A DNA stretch of 63,949 nt, the filler included, from Craspedostauros australis (taxonomy: Eukaryota): NCBI GenBank assembly GCA_030167865.1. It is 10 parts of 10 records of this genome, joined end to end, with 100 filler letters (N's around TTAATTAATTAA, not from the genome) between each part and the next. Parts side by side here need not be neighbours in the genome. Positions count along the whole stretch, not along the records: positions 50,145 to 61,039 come from JALAGF010003751.1; positions 61,140 to 62,610 come from JALAGF010003752.1; positions 62,711 to 63,949 come from JALAGF010003857.1; 7 more parts are not named here. The stretch is one strand, 5' to 3'. Positions 58,301 to 63,949 of the stretch are shown one piece after another. The translations under genes were made by a program, and so were the position numbers. Position 1 is the stretch's first letter, and each line of letters opens with the position of its first letter. A model generated the notes under the pieces. That model had not been told where the DNA came from, searched no databases, and saw only the letters and a list, made by a program, of their open reading frames with translations.

Positions 58301-60394
58301 TCATGTTGACCTTGAGCTTTTGCTTGGGCGTGCGGTCGCCATGGCGGATGACGGCAATGACGCAGCGCAACTCTTCCTGGTGTTCGTTGGGTCCGCACGG
58401 CAGGGTTTGGTTGGCCTTCAACTTGGACGTTTCGGAATCTGCGACGGAGGCCTCGGCGGATGGGCAGATGGATGCTGGTTCGGACGTGAGCTGATCGGGG
58501 ATGTCGCGCACAGGGATCGCACCTTCCTCAAGGGTGGTGGCCGCATTGGTGGAAGGTGTGATGGAATGGTCGGATTGCGACATGGCCTCACCATGGGATG
58601 AACCCACCGCCGCTTCGGCGTTGTCAGCATCCTTGCTAGCGGATGTGTCACCTTGCAGCATGTTGGCAAGCCGTGACAGAGTCGTGGTGGCGTGCTTGTG
58701 AAAGGCGCCGAGCTGGTCATCGTCATTGATGTTGGCACTGAGGGTGACCAATGGATCGACGGTCGAGAATCCCTTGAGGTTGTCCGGTTTGACAGCAGCC
58801 AGGATATGTTCCGTCATGATCTGAGCGCAATCCTCATAGTACTTTCTGCATGAATGCATGAGTGCGTGTGTGCGTGTGGGTGGCCGAGCACGTGGTCACG
58901 TGATGAAGAGAGTGGAGTGGAGTAGAAAAGATGAGTACATGAATGCACGAGAGGAGATGGGGCAGAGAGCGAGACGAGGGCGTGATTCTATCCGAGATCT
59001 GCCCATTCGCTGACTTCCATGTTTCACATCTGCTCGTATCCACCAGACACAGGCACAGACACAGACACAGACACGCAATAAGCAACTCCAGCAGGAACGT
59101 ACCTGCTGTTCTTGACGAAAGACCACCCGTTGACGTCGCAACAGTAGGACACGACCGAATGGTCTTCCTGCACGCGCAGCAGATCGAAGCCGCACACGAA
59201 CTGCTTGAACCCCAGCACGATGCGGCGCGCAATCTCCTTCTCGCGCAACGTGAGGATGACGGGGAACCGCACCTCCTTGCCATCGGAATTGCGCTGCACC
59301 TTGCCGTCGACGGTGGGAGATTTGCGCGCCTCGGCGTGTCCGTATTCGGGACCGACGGTGTACATCTTGACGTCCGTGCCTTGCGTTTCAACGAACTCCT
59401 CGTAGATGTAGCTGCCGTCGCGCCGCACCTCGTTGACGTCGGCGTAGAATTCGGAAGAGCGGTTGCCGATCTTGCGGAAGAGTTTCTTGCAGCCGCCGCC
59501 TGCCGATGTGGGATAGTAGATGGCGATGTTGTGATCATCGGCGTCGACGGGCTTCTCCACGAAGGGCTTGTGCAGAACGATGCCGTTGATTTCAATGTGA
59601 TCGTCGTACTCCGTGACGCAGGGATCCCTGCCACCGTTGCCATCGCCGGTGCCCGTGGAGACGTAATCATCGCGACTGAGGTAGACATGGCGCGGCACGT
59701 CGATGCCCAAGGCCTCGAGGAGATCGTAGGCCTTGCGACGATCCTTGAGCGACTCCTGCATCTCCAGATCGTTGAGGTTGAACGGCTTGCGCAGATCGAC
59801 GTAGGCCTGCGCCTTCTGCAGCGGGTATCCCTTGGAGAAGAAGGCGATGAGGACGTCGCACGTCGGCCATTCCTCGATGGATCGGTTGAGGATGATGTCA
59901 TCAGAGAAAAAAACGACGTGGAACAGGGTTTCGTCGAGGCGGCTGAGGATCTCGGCCATGGGCTTCGATCGCGCCTTCTTGTCCAACGCGCAGATGCCCA
60001 AGCGGATGCGATCGGGACTTCCGTCTGGCTCGGCCGCAGCGATGTACGGCATGGGTTTGGCGTTGGACTTCTTCTTCATGTGCTGCGGCTTCTTGAGGAT
60101 GGGCGTCGGAGAGATGGGCGTGCTGCTCTTGCTGTTGCCCACGCTGCTGGCCGTGCTGTTGCTGTTGCTCTTGGAATGGGATGGGGCAGCAGCGAAAACG
60201 GACTGCTGCTGCTGTTGTTGCTGCTGTTGCTTCTGTTGCTTGGGTGGAGAGGATTGCAGCGTCACACTGGTCGCGGTGGAGGTCTCGGCTTGCTTCTTCT
60301 CTCCGCCATTGTCGTCGTTTTTGCCAATGTTGCCGCCGACCACTGCGGTGACGGCACAAGGGATGCCTTCGGACGGCGTGGAGGGAGTCGTCAT
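55312..60394 (-). CDS. VIP1: PPIP5K/VIP1, second copy (exons 60394-59103, 58845-57229, 56972-56504, 56205-55312)
   Basis: ORF-track translations identical to the first copy at offset 10995. Confidence 0.93.
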
Positions 60395-61039
60395 CGTGCA
60401 ACGATGTCCCTGAAACCGACGACTCTACTCTACTCTACTATATTTGTAAGCCGCACGAGTAGGAAGTCAGGCACACATGCAGAAGTATGATACTCTATGA
60501 TGCAATAGTTGTCGGTGAATCTCTGTGATGAATGAAGCAGAAAGTGTTCGGCATGGTGTGTGGCAGAATGTGGAACGAGAGGTGAAAACCTGGCGAAAAC
60601 GACGAATGAGCGGCGCCGACTACGCCCCACGTCATGGTCAATGCGTTTGTCGCGAACACGACTCAAGCGACCAAAGTTCGCGTTTTGTTTGAGGGATGAC
60701 TCATTTGACTACTTTGAATCTTCCACTCTTCGCTTTCGTGACATCGCAGACCATCGCCACCAAATGACAGCCAAAACAACACGAGACAACCGTGGTAACG
60801 ACAAGAACACCAGCAATGGTGACAACGACAGACAGATGATCCCAATCACAATCACAATCACAATCACAACCACAACCACAACCACAACCACAACCACAAT
60901 CATAGACACAACGCAAACCCTCTCTGACAAGGCAAGCGACTGCCATTCAAACGCTGACGCTCTCAACCTCATCGTGTGATCACTGATCGACGCAGAGCTT
61001 CATCTTGTGGTTGGTTCTTCATCCAAACAGGGAGAAGAG

Positions 61040-61139
61040 NNNNNNNNNNNNNNNNNNNNNNNNNNNNNNNNNNNNNNNNNNNNTTAATTAATTAANNNNN
61101 NNNNNNNNNNNNNNNNNNNNNNNNNNNNNNNNNNNNNNN
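61040..61139. other. Artificial contig spacer
   Basis: N44-TTAATTAATTAA-N44. Confidence 0.98.
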
Positions 61140-62610
61140 ACCTTGCGCATAGCTGCGGCACGCGGGATGACAGGCCTTGCCATCTGAAATGCGGAGCTCG
61201 GGCATGCCCAGAGCAATCCGGCCGCGGCGGCAGAAATGATGTGTATTCTCATGCTGACGGGTGCTTGTTGATTGTGTTGTTGATGTGTGTGATTGTGAAT
61301 GTGTGTGGTTGACGGATTGGTTTGGTTCGATCTGGCCGAGACGTGCTGTGACGTGACGGTGATCGAGTTTCAGAGTTTGCGCACTGGATGATTGTTGTGA
61401 TGGCATGTCAACTTTTGCCGTTTGGATTTTCGCACAACGTCCCAAGAGAAACAAATGAAGCGACCGCAGCTGCCGAGATCATGGCGATGGTGGGTGCGGC
61501 TGCTGCCGTTGCCGTTTTCGTCGTTGGTGTCATTGGCGTTGTTTCTTCTGCCCTTGTGCGTAATCGCGCTGATGACGGTGGCAATGGTTGCTGTGGTGTT
61601 GTTGTTGTTTTCTGTCGTTCTCGATTGTGTGCCAGTCCCCCTGTGATGGCGCAGGCTCCCTCGATCTTCTTCTCCTTTTCCTTGTGAATTTGTCAGATGG
61701 GTGATACCGCGTGCAAGAGCTCTCAACGAGCGAGTCGATCCAAGATTTGTGGAGCAGTGATGCCTGTCAAGATCACTTTATGCACATCCAAACCAAGAAT
61801 ATATTAATCATCCTCATATTATTCTCATTAGAAATTGCTACATACAATTTTGAACAAGGTTGTGCTTTAAGTTTTATGGACGCATCAATGTGCTGCTGTT
61901 TGTACCGCTTCTATGCTTCGGAAATAGACGTTGCAACGAACGAACGGGAAGAGAAGACTCTGACTCCAGAGCGTGAATGGACACCAGACGATAAATTTGG
62001 GGAACACCGCAGAACCTTCGAAGAAAAAATGCGGAATACCGTGGCGTTGGACCCAATGGAACCCACGCACATTGAAGCGTCCATATATTTAGAACACGGC
62101 CTCATTCAAATATATGACCCGCCTGAGCGAAAATAGTACACCTTTCTCGGGAAGTCCTCTCAGATTTCCCTATAAATTTAATATGATGTTCCTCTATATG
62201 AGAAAGTGACGGATTGACTTTCCTAGAATTGCTACACTTTATATTTTATAAGTTATGAGGGCTTGAGTTGAGAAATTCCCCACAGTAGCCCGTGCTTTAG
62301 GTTTTTAGCTTTCGATCGGACATGGATGCGACTCGTCATTGTCTTCAAGTTGGACGTCGGCGAGCGGCGAAAATGTCCTTTTTTCCTCTCTGAGACGGAC
62401 TCACAGCAAGGCACTCGAAGCTGAACTCAGACGTGTCTACAGTCGTGCGAACGGATCAACATTTCGGCTGTTTTTGGCCCCAATTGATTGCACGCAGTTT
62501 CTCGCAGTGGACTTGGAACAGGTGTGGAGGAGAAAAACTGCATCAGAATGCGATGGTACGTACGTGCACTGCGCTGTACGTACGACATTAGGATGGGATG
62601 AAGGTGCAGA

Positions 62611-62710
62611 NNNNNNNNNNNNNNNNNNNNNNNNNNNNNNNNNNNNNNNNNNNNTTAATTAATTAANNNNNNNNNNNNNNNNNNNNNNNNNNNNNNNNNN
62701 NNNNNNNNNN
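62611..62710. other. Artificial contig spacer
   Basis: N44-TTAATTAATTAA-N44. Confidence 0.98.
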
Positions 62711-63949
62711 AGCGTTTGCACGGGCTGTGCTAGGAGCATCAATCGGCACACCGCCGCGCACCAGTGTCACTTCGCAGACAGCGGATTCACTCACAACGGC
62801 ATCTCCTACCAACCATGCCACACCCGATACCACAAGCTGTGCTGCCGAGCCGGACCTCCCTTCCGCACGCGCCTCCGCAATCATAAGGGCCTGATGTTGC
62901 CACCCAACCTCAGCATACTGGGTCTCTTTGTCTGTGAGGCATGCACGGTCCGAGTGCACCTCCAGCGGGAGCTGGTCTCCAGCCCCACAGACTATCACCT
63001 CCTCCGCTTGGAACGTATGCGCATCATTGACATGGCACACAACTGGGCGGCGGGCACGCTCACCACCTACAGCAGCAAGATTCAGGTGTTGCGCAAGTTC
63101 GGTCTACAGTACGGCATTCCGACTATGCAACCGCCCGACATCCAATCGCCGCCCTGCTCCGACACGATTCCGATCATGTGGGCGCAGGAGCACTACGCCA
63201 CGCAGGCGCCCTCTCGTAAGAACACGCTCGACGCCCAGACCATCAAGTTCAGTACCGTGCGTGGGCTACGCAGCGCGGCATCGGCCTTCGGCATGTGGAA
63301 TATGTGCATCGCGCATCCCGAACGCGCTATGCTCGACGCCAAACAACGACCCATCACCGTTGACACATGCCTCCCGACGGACCATCTCGGGTATTCGATG
63401 CTGACACAGGGCATGCGCACACGGCTCGGTGAAGACTCGCGGCCCTCAGCTGCCTTGCTTTCTCGTCATGTCCACTTTATGGACCGAAGCTTCCTCCACC
63501 AATACCAACATGCAGTCACGCCACAACAGCGGCGGACAGCAGCAATGGCGGGCGTCATCAACCTCATGGGCTGGCTGGGATGGCTACGGGCTGCGGAAAC
63601 CTTTGGTATTTCGTGGTCGGATGTCACCATTCTCGACCCACGCGACGCCAGCAACAACGACCTCCCACCGAACACAGGTGCAGTACTGCTACGCCTGGCC
63701 ATGCAGACGAAGTCCGATCGCAGTCGGCAAGCCGACGTCGTCATCGCCTTCCGCACCTCGTCAGGTCTCAGTCTCGGCGACTGGATGCTTCGCGCGCGAA
63801 CGGAGCGAGATCACCACGTCCCAACGGACCTCGTGGCTCACCATCCCTCGGGACAGCCATGGACATCGCAGTTCTACCGCACGACGTTCGTGTATCCATC
63901 CCTGCTGGAGCAACAACAACGCGGCGACACCTTTCTACGGTCGGCCATC
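62711..63949 (+). mobile_element. Tyrosine recombinase ORF with N-terminal PHD-like Zn finger (fragment of a DIRS/Ngaro- or Crypton-like element); partial at both ends
   Basis: My translation from 62711 gives 413 codons with no stop: SVCTGC...HQCH...QPCHTRYHKLCC...FVCEAC...LERMRIID...WAAGTLTTY...STVRGLRSA...GMRTRLG...GWLRAAETF (R at 63587)...QTKSD (K at 63710)...GQPWTSQFYR. Confidence 0.8.

Noticed and set aside
39149..61039. Real 11-kb tandem duplication of the HA gene and PPIP5K
   Set aside because: The copies are separate contigs with identical ends, joined by a spacer. Redundant haplotype assembly is simpler; read depth would decide.
62663..63756. Short ORF-track entries in the last contig
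   Set aside because: All are alternative frames overlapping the uninterrupted tyrosine recombinase frame.

Overview
Eukaryotic nuclear DNA, most likely from a diatom. The evidence is GT-AG introns, bipartite signal + 'AF' plastid presequences, RXL pro-peptide motifs, HA-domain and CxRGLE-type proteins, and a PHD-tyrosine recombinase. The window is not continuous: ten contigs are joined by nine artificial 100-bp spacers (N44-TTAATTAATTAA-N44), so neighbourhood across spacers is not evidence of linkage. Supported genes: a STAND/AAA_16 NTPase with TPR-like C-terminus; three copies plus one diverged paralog of an unknown CxRGLE-motif protein; a 2-exon PIN-LIKES/auxin-efflux-family transporter; a 2-exon Cys-rich, probably GPI-anchored surface protein; two identical convergent tRNA-Lys(CUU) genes around a small plastid-targeted membrane protein; a plastid-targeted metallophosphoesterase; a 1457-aa poly-Lys/coiled-coil protein; a patatin-like lipase; an HTSCS-repeat mucin-like protein next to a GT61 glycosyltransferase; and two near-identical ~10.9-kb contigs (probable haplotypes), each with an HA-domain gene and a 4-exon PPIP5K/VIP1. 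The two most interesting signals are (1) an uninterrupted 413-codon PHD-finger + tyrosine recombinase frame filling the last contig and absent from the ORF track, and (2) a PPIP5K/VIP1 ending in an apparent tail-anchor transmembrane helix. All family assignments come from motif recognition by eye; no database search was run.
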